From NCBI GenBank assembly GCA_003693705.1, contig RBZT01000790.1, forward strand, positions 1 to 64,000: a stretch of 64,000 nt of DNA. Reading direction: 5' to 3'. This DNA is from Polymyxa betae A26-41 (Eukaryota > Protista > Endomyxa: Phytomyxea). Made by a program: the position numbers and the translations under genes. Positions 62,299-64,000 of the stretch are shown here, piece by piece (within the stretch, counting starts at the first letter, position 1; every line of letters starts with the position of its first letter). The notes beneath the pieces are model-generated. The model worked only from the letters and a program-made list of their open reading frames with translations. It made no database searches and was not told the DNA's origin.

Positions 62299-64000
62299 TT
62301 AAGACTTTTTGGACTTCTTGGTGTTGATGAAATCGGCCATCGGATCGAACTCTCGAGATCTATTTCGGTGATACTCCTCCAGTTCGGCTTCGGATGGGCC
62401 ATCAGATTTCAGTAAAGTCGTCGACGATACTTCTTGCGCAGCACGTTTCGTATCATCCAAACGTCGGTCAGAAGTTTGCTGATGCTGTCGTGACACTGAA
62501 AGAGTTGGGCCTAAACATCATCATAAGCGCCAGCGTACTCGTAAGCAAAAGGGCATACCTGTGCAATAGGCGTTACGATATACTTGATGGCAGCATTGAT
62601 AGCCCCATTTGCCATCTTGGAAGAACGAACCAAATACGGAGGTATGGCCGCGTTCGTGGATGTCTTCGTGGTATTTGCTACGCTTCTTGGCTGGCTGAGC
62701 ACCTTTCAGAAGCTGTCCAAATCATATCAGGGGAAACATCCATTCGAACAACGATATCGTGACCTTGCCATCTGCCGAATACTCGACATATGTTTCGGAC
62801 TGGGCAACAACAGGTGCCTTATCACGAATATATTCTTCTCCGCCATACTTGCCCAGAATCGTTTGTTTCTTGACTTTAGCAGCTTCTTCCCTAAATGAAC
62901 TGTAAGATCCATAAAAAAACTGAAGCGTGGGCATTACTTTTTCTGCTTATGGATCTTGAACAGCATCTCGGCTTGTGAAGGTGCCGCAGTCGGATGTATG
63001 ACAAGATCCGGGTCGGCCTTCTGTTCAGCCTCCCAGGCGAAACTCGCCAGCTCTGTGAAATTGCGAATATCGCCGCTAGAGCGAACGAAATTATCGCCAG
63101 CGTAACCCACCTAAGCTGACAGTTAATGCAATGCCAAAAGCAAACTTCGAAATATTCGACCTCATCAGGTTTGGCATTTGGATGGGGATTCTCTCGCATG
63201 GAGCGCGACTTCGAATCATAGTAGGCGGAATTGACATCGAGATTGATGAGATATTTGGCGCGATCTTCACGAATACGAAGATTACGAACGGTCGTTCGTG
63301 TTCGAGCGTCACGCTTCTGGATGACGACACCGGTATCCTTCAGGTCGTCGGCCTCATCCGATAACGATCCATCCCTGTCGGAGTCCGAATCGGAGCTGCC
63401 GTCGGATTTGGCACCATTGAGCGGGGCCTGTACGACCGCTTGAGATGGGCGCTAGACGACGGCGATCGAAGCACCAACCTGTTCGAGCTCGGCGGTTTTG
63501 CGAGCCAATCGGGCTTCGTCGGTGCGTTTAAAATGATCGATGACCTCTTGGTACATTGTTGAATCATAGCCGTTCCAACGGTCGCGTTTCCCATCGTACG
63601 ACAGGTCCACTTGTTCAACGATCTGGCAATAGAAGTTTAGTACTAAAAAAACTGAAGCAAAAAAATTGTGTAAGAAGGCCACTTTTGAAAAGAGATGAGC
63701 AAAGATAAAAGTATGTTGAATTAGACAAAATTTAATATGAATCCTGAGATCTGTTTCATGTAATTTGGCAGCATGAAGAATCAGTAAACAAAGCACCAGA
63801 CAGGAAAAGACAAAAATAAAACTCAGTTTTTGGGAAACGGGATTACGTCTAGAAATACGAATAGGCGTGAGCTACAACAAAATTGGGAAAACGAACTAAA
63901 AAACATGCGATAAAAAATTTGCTGGCAATATTGATGAAAAATAAAACAAAGATCCAGATGATTACCTCATCTGGGCAGATATTTTTGTTGGTGAGAGCAG
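62299..64000 (-). CDS. SLU7: Pre-mRNA splicing factor SLU7, 3' part (continues beyond window)
   Basis: [56 protein letters not shown]. Confidence 0.95.

Overview
Gene-dense eukaryotic (protist-like) genomic DNA with many short (~45-65 nt) GT-AG introns, so most genes are split across several ORFs of the supplied track. The gene set and architecture would fit a plasmodiophorid/Phytomyxea-type rhizarian, but that is inference only. Recognisable genes: SNM1/PSO2 nuclease, a PFKFB with an eroded kinase domain, an RCC1-repeat protein, SCYL pseudokinase, TRM8, CDC48, a CLC antiporter, TRAPPC9, a METTL21-type methyltransferase, NKAPD1-like, an OPR/FASTK-type repeat protein, Tctex-1, WDR24, UBLCP1, succinyl-CoA ligase beta, TAF13, RRP1/NOP52, SLU7 (partial) and tRNA-Arg(ACG). 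Mobile DNA: a Copia relic with an RNaseH-PPT-LTR-PBS-gag junction, two candidate solo LTRs and a Tourist-like MITE. Best leads: (1) a secreted Cys-free 387-aa protein whose only prolines recur every 59-61 residues at turn motifs, suggesting a giant beta-ribbon structural protein; (2) a candidate 25-nt poison exon in an unusually long SLU7 intron; (3) a secreted protein with a signal peptide followed by a transit-peptide-like segment; (4) a degenerate RhoGAP-coiled coil-Kelch fusion largely missed by the ORF track. Exon boundaries were read by eye, and gene ends are approximate where stated.
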